Counted from the first letter of the whole stretch, positions 12,695 through 26,319 are shown. The stretch: 63,903 nucleotides of DNA, filler included, from Octopus bimaculoides (GCF_001194135.2; 5 parts of 5 records of this genome joined end to end with filler, not necessarily neighbours in it), one strand, 5' to 3'. Notes: generated by a model from the sequence alone, not told the origin. Numbers and translations: made by a program.

Positions 12695-12986
12695 GCATAC
12701 ATACATACATACACACATATATATATTCATGTGGTCTGATCAACAAGAATCTGGACTGTTGCCATAGTAACGAAGCTAAAATATGCGTAGTAAAGCTGCT
12801 TGGCACAAATTGACATTGAACCCGGCTGTGTATGTGCCCTAAGTTTTAACACTCTATCTCACTTCTGCTGTTTACAGCAGTGCTTGGAAGGAAGGTGTGT
12901 TGTGTGTGATTGTCGCATTGACCATGACAGAGAAAGTTGAGCAGTTGTTTTTTTGTGAAAGTTGTTTTTTTTTTGTGAATTTTCCC

Positions 12987-13035
<49 letters not shown>

Positions 13036-13169
13036 GTGTATGTGTGTACCTGTGTACTTGTATACATATTTATTGTCTTCTTTGATTTCATATGATAGTT
13101 GTAAATGAATATCACTGTCAAGCAAGCAGTGTCCTTCATATCCAATTTTCTGTGAAAACAAGTCTGGTT

Positions 13170-13715
13170 ATGAGGTATATTACTTTACCTGGGAACAGGT
13201 AAAAGTTGGTGACGGGAAGGGCATCCAGCTGTAGAAAAGTTGCCTCAACAAATTCTGTCTGACTCATACAAGCATGGAAAAGTGAATGCTAAACAATTAT
13301 GATGATATACATATATATAAGACATGAGACGAAGTACTGGAGGACAACCTCAGGACACTGTACCTAACAGAGGTGATAAAAAAGGACCAAGATATCTATT
13401 GCCTTGCTGCACTCAAGAAGACCCATCCTCTACAGCAGATGTGTTAAAGCTTCTCCCACTGATGAAGATGATTAACTGTAAGAGCCCTGTACCCATGCCA
13501 TGTAAAAATCACCTGTTCCAACCCTGTGTAAAAGTGCTCATGCTTGAGTCATGTTAAAAGTACCCAGCACACAGTGTCAAGTGGTTGGTGTTAGGAAGGG
13601 CATCCAACCATAGAAACCAAACCAAATCACACTGGAATCTGGTGCAGATCTCTGGATTGCCAGCTATGGTCAAACCTACCAACCCATGCCAGCATGGAAA
13701 AACAGACATTAAATG
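13170..13715 (+). repeat. Two degenerate copies of an interspersed repeat ending CATGCCAGCATGGAAAA...TAAA(TGA)n
   Basis: GGAAGGGCATCC...AGCATGGAAAA...GATGAT occurs at about 13215-13305 and 13590-13725. Related pieces lie at 14260-14370, 24770-25000 and, reversed, at 18235-18330 and 28080-28190. Confidence 0.55.
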
Positions 13716-14017
13716 ATGATGATGTTGATATATGTATATGTGTGTGTGTTTCCCTATATGTTTAAGAAAAATAAGAAAATAGAGATAATTAAATTAATAA
13801 TTATTTATTAATTTAATTATTTCTATTTTCTTAAATATATATAAACCCTGGTTTATCCAATTATCTAACAGTTGAATATTAAATGTAATAGTCAATACTT
13901 TTTGTAATAGATAATAGACCAGTGCATTCATTGGATTTTATTATCCCTTTTTGAGGTTTTTAACCTCTAATTAAACTTATATACATATCTATCTATCTAT
14001 CTATATACATACATACA

Positions 14018-14093
<76 letters not shown>

Positions 14094-14375
14094 CATAAAT
14101 GTATGTATGAATGCATGTGCATATATGTATGGGTGTGAGCGAGTATATGGTTGTGTTCCCTTGGCATTGTGTAAATGTGTGTCACTGTCATACAAGAAGT
14201 GTTATTCATTTTGAATATTCTGTGAAAATATATCTGTTGCTTAGCAACAGGTGAGAGCTAGCAACAGAAATGGCATCTGACCCTAGAAAATCTTCCTTGA
14301 TAAATACCACCCAGTTCATGCAACCATGGTAAAATAGACTTTAATAAAACAATGTTAGTGATGATGATGGTAGTG

Positions 14376-14405
<30 letters not shown>

Positions 14406-14409
<4 letters not shown>

Positions 14410-15651
14410 AGGTGGACAAAATAATGGAAACACCTTAAAATTTCAAACAAATTTATTTTAACATGGGGTAGAACCACCTTTGGCAGTAATTGCAGCTTGA
14501 ATTCTATGAGGTATGGACACATGCAAAATTTGAATTGTTTCCGTAGGAATTTTTGTCCATTCTTCAGCTAAAACAGTCTCCAGTTCTTGTAGTGATGATG
14601 GTGGAGGATATCGACTTCTTACTTGTTTTTCAGAAAAGCACCATAAATGTTCAAAAATATTCTGATCTGGGGTTTGTGGTGGCCAGATAAAATGTTCAAC
14701 TTCACTCGAATGTTCTTCATGCCATTCAATAACAACTTTAGCTGTGTGAATCAGTGCATTATCATCCCCCCAGAAACAGATTTGAATGAATTTGAACAGA
14801 TAAAATACTTAAATTGTCGTGACTATTAATTCTGCCATGAGGGGAAACCATTGGGCTGGCAAATTTTCATGATATAACCCCCCCAGATCATCACAGATAC
14901 TCCTCCATGTTTAACAGTTGGAAGAAGGCAGTTTGGGTTAAATGCTTCTCTTGGCCGTCTCCAAATGTATACTCGGCTGGTGGTCAGAAATAAGGTAAAA
15001 GATGACTCATCTGAGAAAATAACATTCTTCCACTACTCTAGGGACCAATTCTGTAGGTTTATACTCCTCTCTAAATGCTTTGCAACGTTTGTTTTTGAAA
15101 GTAGTGGTTTTCTGATTGCAGCCCTCCTGTGAAATCTGGCTTTGTGCAGCTCCCGGTGAACAGTTTTTGTGGAAACTGGGTTCTCAAGGTGGTCATTAAG
15201 CTCTGCAGTAATTTTGGGAGCTGTACTTTTGTAATCCTTTCTAACAATTTGCATAAGAGTCCGATGGTCCCAATCTGAAAGTTTGGTTTTCTTCCAGAAT
15301 TTTGTTTCCACGAGGAAGTTTTTCCTTCTTTCTCAAAGGCTATCATAACTTTGGAGACAGTACTTCTTGATACACCAAACGTTTCGGCTGTTTTCGTTAC
15401 ACTAGCACCTGCCATACGAGCACTAACAATTTGACCTTTCTGAAAGTCTGATAGATCTGTCATTTTAATGAATTTTAATTACCTTTTTCTGAAGATATCT
15501 GAAAGTAAACAGCAATTTTAGCAAAACATATTTAACAACACTAACAATAAATAAAAAACATAAAAATAAACAAGCTTTTAACGGTTTTATAGATATTTCA
15601 AAATTATGATGCTATGATACTAGGTATTTCCATTATTTTGTCCAACCCCTG
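14406..15651 (-). mobile_element. Full-length but frameshifted Tc1-family (DD34E-type) DNA transposon
   Basis: About 29-bp imperfect TIRs: TAGGAGGTGGACAAAATAATGGAAACACC at 14406 and the reverse complement of CAGGGGTTGGACAAAATAATGGAAATACC ending at 15651, each flanked by TA within (TA)n. Transposase on the minus strand: MTDLSDFQKGQIV..., SGRKP, RKPLLSK, NVIFSDES, GDDNA, WPPQTPDQNIFEHLW, ...AKGGSTPC*. Confidence 0.95.
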
Positions 15652-15705
<54 letters not shown>

Positions 15706-15806
15706 GTTTATTTTTATATTAAGTTATAGTTAGAACATCTTCAAAAAATTAATAATTTTTTGTGGAGTACATGTTTATTATTCTATAGATAGATATATAG
15801 AGATAA

Positions 15807-15838
<32 letters not shown>

Positions 15839-15848
15839 TCAGACAGAC

Positions 15849-15879
<31 letters not shown>

Positions 15880-16735
15880 CTGACAGATAAACAGACACCA
15901 AACAGACAGACAAATTGAGAAACAAGTCTAAGAGAAGACCTGATGATGTGTGCAAGTATAGCTTATCATAATGTAAAAACGGGGGTATGAATAGTTGTGG
16001 GGACATTTAATATATATGCATCTGGTCCTTTTCCCCACTTTGAGTCTGTTTGCTATCTTTCCTGCTAATCAACTCAGCTCTCTGTCACTCGCTATCTGTC
16101 TTGAACCTATGTTATCTCTGCTTGTATGGCAACCACTTTCAACAGGAGGTGGGTGCATTGTTTATCATGTCTAGTGAGTAGCCTTGTGCTTTGCATGAAA
16201 CTGAAATTCTTACTATTTTATATTGTTTCTAATCATTGAGGATGTTATGACTTTCAGAGTGGATAAATGTTAGGACAATGGACTGGAAGATGGACTGGAG
16301 CAAAAGGAAGAAAGAAGCAAGAGTAAGACGAGGAAAACTGAGTGGTTGGAGCGACAGTGTAGAAGAAGAGAGAGAAATGAGAGGGATAGTATAAGAAAGA
16401 GTACTAGAAGAAAGACAGTCATGGCAGTGTGCAGTGACAGTGGTGGGAAGGGGGAAGTGGTTGCAAAGAGAGTTGTACGAAGTGTAGCCGCATATTTGAT
16501 GGTGAATGAGCAAGCAATGGATAATCATAGGAATGGTTGAAGATAGAAGAATGTGATGGATGCCAATAATATGGTGTAACACAATTTTTGTCCTTGGGTA
16601 GCGACTGTTGACAATCCACGGCAGTAATTGTTTTCACCTCAATAGACGTCAGTGATTGGTTGAAATTATCGAAACACGACAATTTTAACACGAAATAACT
16701 TTAAAAATATAAACTTCTCTCAACAACACTGTTGA

Positions 16736-17140
16736 GGCGTAGGAGTGGCTGTGTGGTAAGTAGCTTGCTTACCAACCACATAGTTCCGGGTTCAGTCCCA
16801 CTGCGTGGCACCTTGGGCAAGTGTCTTCTACTATAGCCTCAGGCCTACCAAAGCCTTGTGAGTGAATTTGGTAGACGGAAACAGAAAGAAGCCCGTCGTA
16901 TATATGTATATATGTATGTGTGTATATATGTTTGTGTGTCTGTGTTTGTCCCCACCAACATCACTTGACAACCGATGCTGGTGTGTTTACGTCCCCGTAA
17001 CTTAGCGGTTCGGCAAAAGAGACCAATAGAATAAGTACTGGGCTTACAAAGAATAAGTCCTGGGGTCGATTTGCTCGACTAAAGGCGGTGCTCCAGCATG
17101 GCCACAGTCAAAAGACTTAAACAAGTAAAAGAGAAAGAGT
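16736..17140 (+). mobile_element. Full-length tRNA-derived SINE (family A; octopus OR1/OR2-like CORE-SINE)
   Basis: A box TGGCTGTGTGG, B box GGTTCAGTCCC, CORE-like CACCTTGGGCAAGTGTCTT, an internal (TA/TG)n, and tail AGGCGGTGCTCCAGCATGG...AAACAAGTAAAAGAG. The family name is inferred from recall of published octopus SINEs. Confidence 0.85.
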
Positions 17141-17789
17141 AACACTAAGAGTAAAAGATGTTTTATATGACACATTCTACCAGTGTCCCAAGTTTGAAAG
17201 TGTTTCGTTTAGAAAACAAGTGGTGTCCGCCAAATCAGAAAGATCCATTATTTCCTATTTGTTTACCCCTAGAAAGTATGAAAAATGATTAATATTTCCT
17301 TCAGACTTGGCTTTTGTTACATTTATTGAAACCTTAAAGAATCCCTCTGAACACATGACTTTGATGCTCCCTAACAGCTCCTGCTCATGATCAGAGATGT
17401 ACATATTGTCAGCCACTAAGGGACATGCTCAAGTGGTTAGGGTCAAGCAACTGACATGTGAATCTGTGGTATTGAGCAGAATATTTGCTATAATGATATT
17501 TCTGCTTCAGCAACTCAATGCTGAATCTATCTGAAATGTAATGGGGAATAGGTCAGTTTGAAAACATTGATGTCCCGGTCACAAAAGCAAAGTTTGAAGG
17601 AAATAGTTGTCATTTCCTTTGATTTGTAGATAAAAGCAAATAGGAAATAACACTTACTGACCAAAGACAAAAAATAAAATAAAAATTTTGTTACATTGCA
17701 TAATAAGTGATCTGGGGGGGGGGGGAGGTCCCTAGCTGTACTGGGGAGCAAATGGAAGGAGATTCAATGCAATCAATTGTGACTTAGGT

Positions 17790-18215
17790 ATTTACGTTTT
17801 TATCTTTTGCTTGTTGGGGGTCATTGCACTCTGGCCATGCTGGGATACCACCTTGAAGGGTTTTAGTTGAATAAATTGAATTTAGTACGTATATTTTAAG
17901 CCTGGAACTTAATCTGTCAGTCTCTTTTGCCCAACTGCTAATATTATGGGGGGATGTAAACAAACCAACACAGGTGTTATCAAGTGATGGTGGGAAACAA
18001 GCACCAACACAAACACAAAGACATGTATGCACATGTGCACACACACACACACATGGTGGGCTTCCATGCAGTTTCTGTCTAGCAAATTCACTCACAAAGT
18101 ATTGATCAGCAAAGAGCTATAGCAGAGGACACTTTCCCAGGTACTATGTTTTTGGATTGAACCTGGAATCACATGGTTGAAAATCAAGCTTCTTAACTAC
18201 ACAGTCATACCTATG
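17790..18215 (-). mobile_element. Older SINE family A-like copy
   Basis: Tail CTGGCCATGCTGGGATACCACC and head GATTGAACCTGG...TAACTACACAGTCATACC, in reverse orientation. Confidence 0.65.
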
Positions 18216-19134
18216 TTGCTCCCCCCCCCACATCATCATCATCCATTAATGTACATTTTCCATTCTGGCATTGGTTTGATGGTTTGACCAGAGCTGGCAA
18301 GCCAGAGAGCAGCAGCAGGTTCTAGTCTGATTTGGCTTGGATGTCTTTCCTAAAGCCAAACACTTTACAGTCTGCACTAGGTGCTTTTGACACGTCCATC
18401 TGTATATAATCCCAGGCATAACTATTATTTACTATATATTCCATTTGAAATAGCACCACTCAGTAAAACACTGATCCATAACCTATTGCCTTACTCTTCA
18501 AATAATCTCATACAAACAGGCAAGATAAATTTTGTACTTATATATGCATACATACATGTATGCACATACACACATATGCATCAATGCTTTCTTTCTCTTT
18601 CTCTCACCTTTTTCTGTGTTAACCATTTACATACATGTGGCGTAATTGCTTAGTGGATACGTAGCGTAGATATTCAGTTTGTATAGTTTAACATATAAAC
18701 TTTACATACACTTTGTATATACACATGCAATATTATTGTTAAAGTTCAGTCTTCTGTTCTTCTGACAGTATTTAATCCTATTTGGAAGAAATACAAAAGC
18801 TAGTTTATCAAATTTCCTTAAAATTACTCTGTGCCCTTTGGCCCTCTGTTACAGATGAGATAAGATTATCCCCCAAATCCTGTATTTCACAGGTTGCTTA
18901 TCAAATACTAAGGCAATGTCCTGATCACAATATGTCTGACAGCTTTATTTGCTTTGCTCTCATAACTGCTATTTATTTATATTCTTTTTTTTTTAGAATT
19001 TGTTTTTAAACTTGCATCTACATGTGTAACTAGACTGAATGAAGTATACATACATATACACATGCAAACATGTGTGTGTACATTCATATATATTCATATA
19101 TATAAATATATTATATATATATATATATATATAC

Positions 19135-19245
19135 TTTCTTTTTACTCTTTCACTTGTTTCAGTCATTTGACTGTGGTCATGCTGGAGTACCACCTTTAGT
19201 CAAGCAAATCGACCCCAAGACTTATTCTTTGTAAGCCTAGTACTC
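19135..19245 (-). mobile_element. SINE family A 3' tail fragment
   Basis: CTTGTTTCAGTCATTTGACTGTGGTCATGCTGGAGTACCACCTTTAGTC...GACCCCAAGACTTATTCTTTGTAAGCC. Confidence 0.8.
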
Positions 19246-19792
19246 TCGTGGGGAAAAAAATTCGTGTCCAGCCATGCAGTTCGAGAGATCCCCCTTTTCC
19301 TAATGGAACTGCTGTCGCTGAACTGTCGGTCTTACTCTGACAACACCAGGTGACCTATTTTGATCAATAGCAGCCTATTTTCCAGTAGCCATCTTAGACT
19401 TCTTGTACTTCTCTGTTTGGTAATCTGAGCCTAAACAAGCTAGGTTTCTGTAAGAAGCCAACAAAACTTTAAGTCTCATGGAGCCGAATCAAACTGTGAT
19501 AGTTATATAAGTGTTCAGCTTTTGCTGAACGACCTACACAAATGTTTTGTTTATAGTGATCACATGTTCATGCTGTACATTAACTCACTCCTTCCAACAA
19601 ATCAATAATTGCCTGAACAGGTGCATGGTGTACCACATGTCAGGTGTCAAAGTGATCATAGAGCAATGTGAGATGAAGTGTTTTGCTCAAGAACGCAATG
19701 CACCATGTGGTATGGGAATTGAAACCACAATCTCACAATCATGATTGCAGTGCCCGAACCAGTAGGCCATGTGTCCTCACTGTGTGTGTATG

Positions 19793-19831
<39 letters not shown>

Positions 19832-20651
19832 NNNNNNNNNNNNNNNNNNNNNNNNNNNNNNNNNNNNNNNNNNNNNNNNNNNNNNNNNNNNNNNNNNNNN
19901 NNNNNNNNNNNNNNNNNNNNNNNNNNNNNNNNNNNNNNNNNNNNNNNNNNNNNNNNNNNNNNNNNNNNNNNNNNNNNNNNNNNNNNNNNNNNNNNNNNNN
20001 NNNNNNNNNNNNNNNNNNNNNNNNNNNNNNNNNNNNNNNNNNNNNNNNNNNNNNNNNNNNNNNNNNNNNNNNNNNNNNNNNNNNNNNNNNNNNNNNNNNN
20101 NNNNNNNNNNNNNNNNNNNNNNNNNNNNNNNNNNNNNNNNNNNNNNNNNNNNNNNNNNNNNNNNNNNNNNNNNNNNNNNNNNNNNNNNNNNNNNNNNNNN
20201 NNNNNNNNNNNNNNNNNNNNNNNNNNNNNNNNNNNNNNNNNNNNNNNNNNNNNNNNNNNNNNNNNNNNNNNNNNNNNNNNNNNNNNNNNNNNNNNNNNNN
20301 NNNNNNNNNNNNNNNNNNNNNNNNNNNNNNNNNNNNNNNNNNNNNNNNNNNNNNNNNNNNNNNNNNNNNNNNNNNNNNNNNNNNNNNNNNNNNNNNNNNN
20401 NNNNNNNNNNNNNNNNNNNNNNNNNNNNNNNNNNNNNAACGAGAGACAGGGAGGAAGAGAGAGATATAGTAGTAACAGAAGGAAGAATGAGACGGGGAAA
20501 AAGATACAAAGATATATAGAGTCACGTCAGAAATATAAAGTTCAAAACTTACTTGCAGGGATGGCGCGTGCATTCGATCATGTAATACAAATAATAAATG
20601 AGTATATGCATATATACGTACATGCATGTACATACCTATGTAAAAACTAAC

Positions 20652-20749
20652 ATTTCCCTTCTCCAAGCTTAGATTCGAAACCGAATCTAAGAATTCTCCC
20701 TCGTCGGATTTACTGTGAGCAACAGGCGCGAAATCAGGTTTTCTTTGTC
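20652..20749 (-). other. Candidate 98-nt exon of a minus-strand transcript divergent from the CRAL-TRIO gene
   Basis: Acceptor TTTTTTGACAG and donor AAT|GTTAGT. One open frame reads QRKPDFAPVAHSKSDEGEFLDSVSNLSLEKGN. It lies in CpG-rich unique sequence. Confidence 0.3.
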
Positions 20750-23159
20750 CTGTCAAAAAATGATGGATAGCCTCCCCTCGATCTTATAACCTCATAGATT
20801 TCAAGCGAAGTTCAACTGGACAGCGACTGACCTACTTAGGTACTAAACCTGCTGCAGCATGTCCATCCTTCTAGCTGCCCCTGATTTTTATAAATAGGAG
20901 AATTTAGCAGGGACAGAGATAGACGGAAACTGTGATTCGCGACAGACTGACCCAGTGCTCTGTGACTATCACACAGAGATTGGCCGTGCCACGCTAATGA
21001 GAGAGAGAACTACCGCAAGATGAAAAAACAAACACACACACACACGAACATATTTAGTCTTCGGATACATCAACTCCACAGATGTATCCTGGTTCCATTT
21101 TTCCTAGCAACTTGAAGTAAGTTGCCAAAATTTAATGTAGTGGTGAAGAATATTTACTAACACCAGAGTTCAATGCAGCAAATAAAATATGTTATAGTTG
21201 AACATAGTTATCTCTTTGTTTATTCACAGGAAAACACATGCCTATCGCACCCTAACACGATAACACAAACATACATTACTCCACCACATTTTGGTGGCAC
21301 CACTACACCTACATCTACATGTATATATAGATACATATCTGGGTTCAGGACGTTGCAAACAAAACGTAGACAAAATGATAAACAGAGTACAGAAAATATA
21401 TATATATAAATTTAAATATATATTTATATATATATAAATTTAAATAATAAGGGTGAAAAATTGAATATTCATTTGATATATATCAATTTAAAACCAATAG
21501 CCTAGCATATTGAAAAACCTGAAGATTTAGAAAAAATATGTTACATACATATAAGAGGGATGACCACTAAGTGGACATCCATTATGCTAGATGTAGACCC
21601 CACATGGTCTGACCACTAAGAAAAGATTGTTCTCAAGAAAATTCAGCAAACACCAGAACGTAAGCGGACAAGACAAATGAAAAGATAAAAGATATAAAGA
21701 TTAATCACAAATCCGGTTTCATTGTTACCATTTACGTAATACTTACGTAAATGTCCGCAATTCATCAGTGTGATCGCCATAGCAAAATATAATTTGCAGA
21801 ACTGTTCAATCTCATGCGGACGTCCAGTGTATAGTGCAAAATTACAGCTCAAATCCAATTGAAATGACCTTTTTCTATTCTGTAATTTGTGTTTGTGATG
21901 AGCGTATTTAAAAACCTGATCTTTGATACAAACTTAAAAGTTTTCATGGAAATTCTGTCCTTTACCTGTTGTTTCTAGCATGTCCAAGGTGACATGTGTG
22001 CCCTTGCCACTTATTTTTTTCCTAAATTTCTTCCAATTCTCTTTATTTTTGATACAGGAGATTAGGATTTCGTCCNNNNNNNNNNNNNNNNNNNNNNNNN
22101 NNNNNNNNNNNNNNNNNNNNNNNNNNNNNNNNNNNNNNNNNNNNNNNNNNNNNNNNNNNNNNNNNNNNNNNNNNNNNNNNNNNNNNNNNNNNNNNNNNNN
22201 NNNNNNNNNNNNNNNNNNNNNNNNNNNNNNNNNNNNNNNNNNNNNNNNNNNNNNNNNNNNNNNNNNNNNNNNNNNNNNNNNNNNNNNNNNNNNNNNNNNN
22301 NNNNNNNNNNNNNNNNNNNNNNNNNNNNNNNNNNNNNNNNNNNNNNNNNNNNNNNNNNNNNNNNNNNNNNNNNNNNNNNNNNNNNNNNNNNNNNNNNNNN
22401 NNNNNNNNNNNNNNNNNNNNNNNNNNNNNNNNNNNNNNNNNNNNNNNNNNNNNNNNNNNNNNNNNNNNNNNNNNNNNNNNNNNNNNNNNNNNNNNNNNNN
22501 NNNNNNNNNNNNNNNNNNNNNNNNNNNNNNNNNNNNNNNNNNNNNNNNNNNNNNNNNNNNNNNNNNNNNNNNNNNNNNNNNNNNNNNCATTGAGTGTTTC
22601 TATAAGAAAATTAAATTAAATTAAAAAAAAATATATATATATTTCCCAGATGTGTAATCTCTATATTTATTTATGTGGATAAAAAAAAAAAAAAATTTTA
22701 AAGTTACAAATTAAGAAATTGCAGTGGGGATGGGGGGAAATTTAAATTTTGAAAACATGATTTCTGGGCAAAATCATATTAACCCCCTTTTGTACAATGA
22801 AACAATACATAGTTTGTGATCCTTCTTTAGAACAGAAAGCACTTTCATGCAAACCCATGCAAATTGTACCCTCCCCCACTTCACTTTTAAACAAACAGTA
22901 ACTTCCATTACGCCAGTAACCCAGTTCATTATGTATGTGGTATATTTGGGATATGTTTAACTATATTATACATATATCTATTTCTGTGGTGTGGGGAGAT
23001 GCAAAAAGTATAGTTTAGGAAAAAATATAAAAGATAATGATTTATATATTATTATATCAATAATAATTTTGTTCCATAAGAAAAGAACAAATAATACAAT
23101 GTGGTTGTAAGTCATAAGTCTCTCTCTTTCTCTCTCTCTTTCTCTCTCTCTCACACACA

Positions 23160-23325
23160 CACTACAATGGATTTCCACAGTTTCTATCCATAAAATTTAC
23201 TCACAAGGTATTGGTTGTCATGGGGCTATAGTAGAAGACACTTACCCATGGTGCAGCACAGTGGAACTGAATCCAAATCCATGTGGTTGCAAAGCAAATT
23301 TCTTAACCGCACAGCTATGCCTGCA
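23160..23325 (-). mobile_element. SINE family A head fragment just upstream of the CRAL-TRIO exon
   Basis: CTCACAAGG...GCTATAGTAGAAGACACTTACCC...CACAGTGGAACTGAA...CCGCACAGCTATGCC. Confidence 0.7.
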
Positions 23326-23409
23326 TATATGTTCTTTATGATTAAAACTAATTCTACATTTCTAAACTCTATTGCAGACTTTTAGTGCAGCTGGTGACTT
23401 CATTCCAAA

Positions 23410-23671
23410 ATGGCATCCATTTACGATCACATTTTCAAGAAGGGTTCCTTAACACCAGCCTTGGTAGAAAAAGCACGAATTGAGCTTTATGAAACTAAAG
23501 ATAAACAAACGATTTGTATCAATGAGTTGCGCAAAGTTATCTTGGAGAATAAAACCTGTGATGAAGGGCAGGAAGTCTTTGAAATGGTAGAGAAAAAAGA
23601 TGATGATTTTTTACTGAGATTTCTACGGGCCCGGAAGTTTGATGTCAAGAAAACATATGGATTATTGAAAG
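23410..23671 (+). CDS. RLBP1-like: First coding exon of a CRAL-TRIO (CRALBP/RLBP1-clavesin-like) retinoid/lipid-binding protein
   Basis: ATG at 23410 gives 87 codons plus 1 nt (MASIYDHIFKKGSLTPALVEKARIELYETK...KKDDDFLLRFLRARKFDVKKTYGLLK), ending at donor AAAG|GTAAGA (23671/23672). D-x-FLLRFLRARKFDV is the CRAL-TRIO N-terminal signature; from memory, human CRALBP reads [26 protein letters not shown]. An upstream acceptor-like ATTGCAG at 23371-23377 suggests a non-coding 5' exon further upstream. Confidence 0.93.
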
Positions 23672-24267
23672 GTAAGATATATGATGAATGCACGATTATA
23701 TGTAAGTATGTATGAATGCATATGGAAGTGTGTGGCTTAGTGGTTAGGATTTTTGGCTTATGATCATAAAGTTGTGATTTCCATTCCTGGTAGTGCTTTC
23801 TGTCCTTCAGCAAATCACTTTATTTCATGCTACTTCACTCCGCTCAGGTGGCAAAAATGAGTAGTACCATCTTGTTTCCATGTCTGTAGGCTGAGTAGGT
23901 TCCGTAGAGAAACTCTTTGACATCCTTTAAAAGGAATAAGGGTTTTTTTTCTTTTTCCATTTTTCCTTTTCTATCTTTTTTTTTCTTTTCTTCCTCTATT
24001 TCCATCCCTTGAATGCGTTGATTAATTTATTACTGTGTATATTTAAGATCAAAATAGCATCCTCTATTCACTCTCTCAAAGGACCAGCCTTGTCACATTC
24101 TGTGTCACACTGAATCTCATTGAAACTACATTAAAGGGTACATGTGTCCATGGAGTGCTCAACTACTTGCACGTTAATTTCACAAGCAGGCTGTTCTATT
24201 GGTCGGATGAACTGGAACCCTCATCATTGTTATTGACAGAGAGCCATTCTTAATGTATTTATATGAA

Positions 24268-24305
<38 letters not shown>

Positions 24306-26319
24306 CGTGTGTATATGTATGAATGAATGTGAATATTTATACATCTCATCACCTACTCCTACATTTAACTTTGTCCTCTTGTTATTACCAGTCACTACCC
24401 CTCTAGCTGACCACATCTATAAACTCCTACTTTCTCCATATCATGCTCTTGTTCCTTCCACCCTCCTACCCATCCTAGTCTTGCTAATGTCATTATACAT
24501 TTTTTCTTTTCTTTCTCTTCAGTTCTCCTCCTCTGTGGCCTGTACAAATGTACACATCCTATTTTATTGAGTATTCTCTATACCTACATATATTCTCCCT
24601 TATCCCCACATCCTTAGCTCTCTAATACTCATTTCTGGCCTTCTCGTCACCATTGTTTCCTTCCCATATTTACTCTACATTTATTCTGTACCAAACCCCT
24701 CCCCACACTGTAAAGTGATTGGCTGAATGAGTAGAGTGAGTACAACGTATTCCTGGTCCTGTCTTGTCAAAAACTATTCAACCTCCCTTGTGTTGGTGTC
24801 ACATAAAAGACTCTAGTACAGTCTGTATAGTAGTTGGTTTTAGGAAGGGTCTCCAGCCATACAAGCCAATCTAAATGACATGCATGAATGCATAATCTTT
24901 CAGAGCTGTAGCTTGCAATAGAAGGCAACTTGGACTGCGATGACTAGTTTAATCCATGTCAGTATGAAAAGCAAACATAAAATGATTATGATGATAATGT
25001 ATGCATAAACATGCATTTTCACTGGAATTGGATACCAACTAAGTATCCATATATGTATGGTTTTTCTTTGAGTTTAATTTAAGTTCTTGAGAGAGTTCAA
25101 GCTTTTTTTTGAGTTAAGAGAGTTCCCAGTGTTTGTAAATATGCGGTTGAGTTGGTGTGTTGGTTGAACTGTCGATGCATTCACCCAAGTGTGTACATCT
25201 ATTTAAATAAGAATCTCAGATGGAGAAGTTTTGGAATGTCTTAAAAATCTTCACTGTGCCACTAATAGTTTAGATTTGGAGAATCAGCATCAGTTTCTTT
25301 TGCTCTTTCTCCATGAAACCGAGTATTTCTAGGTTTTTGTGCAAATTTGTTGGTACTTAACCTAATGCACTTATGCATGCATGTCAGTAAGTAGGTATGA
25401 ATGCATGCATGCATGTATGTATGTATGTATGTATGTATGTATGTATGTATGTATGTATGTAGGTAGGTAGGTATGTAGGTAGGTAGGTATGCATGCATGT
25501 TCATATGTATGTATGTTTGTATAATTCATATGTATGTATGCATGTCATTAGCCACCAACAGACCCGCAAATGCAAAATATAAGTTAGTCCTAGAACGCAC
25601 AATGTTCCTGAAGGTCAGCAATGGTCTTCCTCGGTCACGAGTGGACGGCCATCATGTGTCATGTATGTATGTATGTTTTGTATGTATGTATGTATTTATG
25701 TATGACATTTATGTATGGCATTAAGCTGCATCCACTAGTGAGGCTCCAGTTCAGGGGTTCTGGAGTTGTAGGTTGTGTGGAGTCACCCCTTAATTGCCAT
25801 TACTCCCTAGTCCATTCTAACTCAGAACGGTAGTATCCGTCAGAGACCCGTCTATGGGATAAAGAAAATTCTCAGAGGTAGAGGAGTCTCCTGTTATTTT
25901 TGACAAAGCTGTGATGAAGGCAGCTCTTCTAGGAGAGATACTCTGACATAAAACATGCAGTCAAAATAATACCAGTCATTTTGCAACACTTGTGATACCG
26001 TGGGTCACTAACGTTTTACAATGTGAGTGATTTTGTTTTTGTTTTTGATCTGTTTTTGCCAAGGCTAATCAGCTTAGTAAATTATATCCCCATTGAAAGC
26101 TTAGAGATAAAGGTTGATAAGATATCCTAATAGAAGGACAGCTTTTTGTACTAGTGTCTGACAACCAAGTCTTTTTTCTTTCAGTGTCTCAAAGATGTTA
26201 CTGTTGGTACTATATGCTTTGATTTAATACATGGAAAATACTTCTTTTGGATTTCTTCTAGCCACTCTTGTATCCTTGTTAAATTCCTTTTTCTCAACCC
26301 AGTTTTTTTTTACTCACAG

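Noticed and set aside
19330-19447. AG/GT-bounded minus-strand segment
   Set aside because: Stops occur in all three frames. It could be UTR, but there is no further support.
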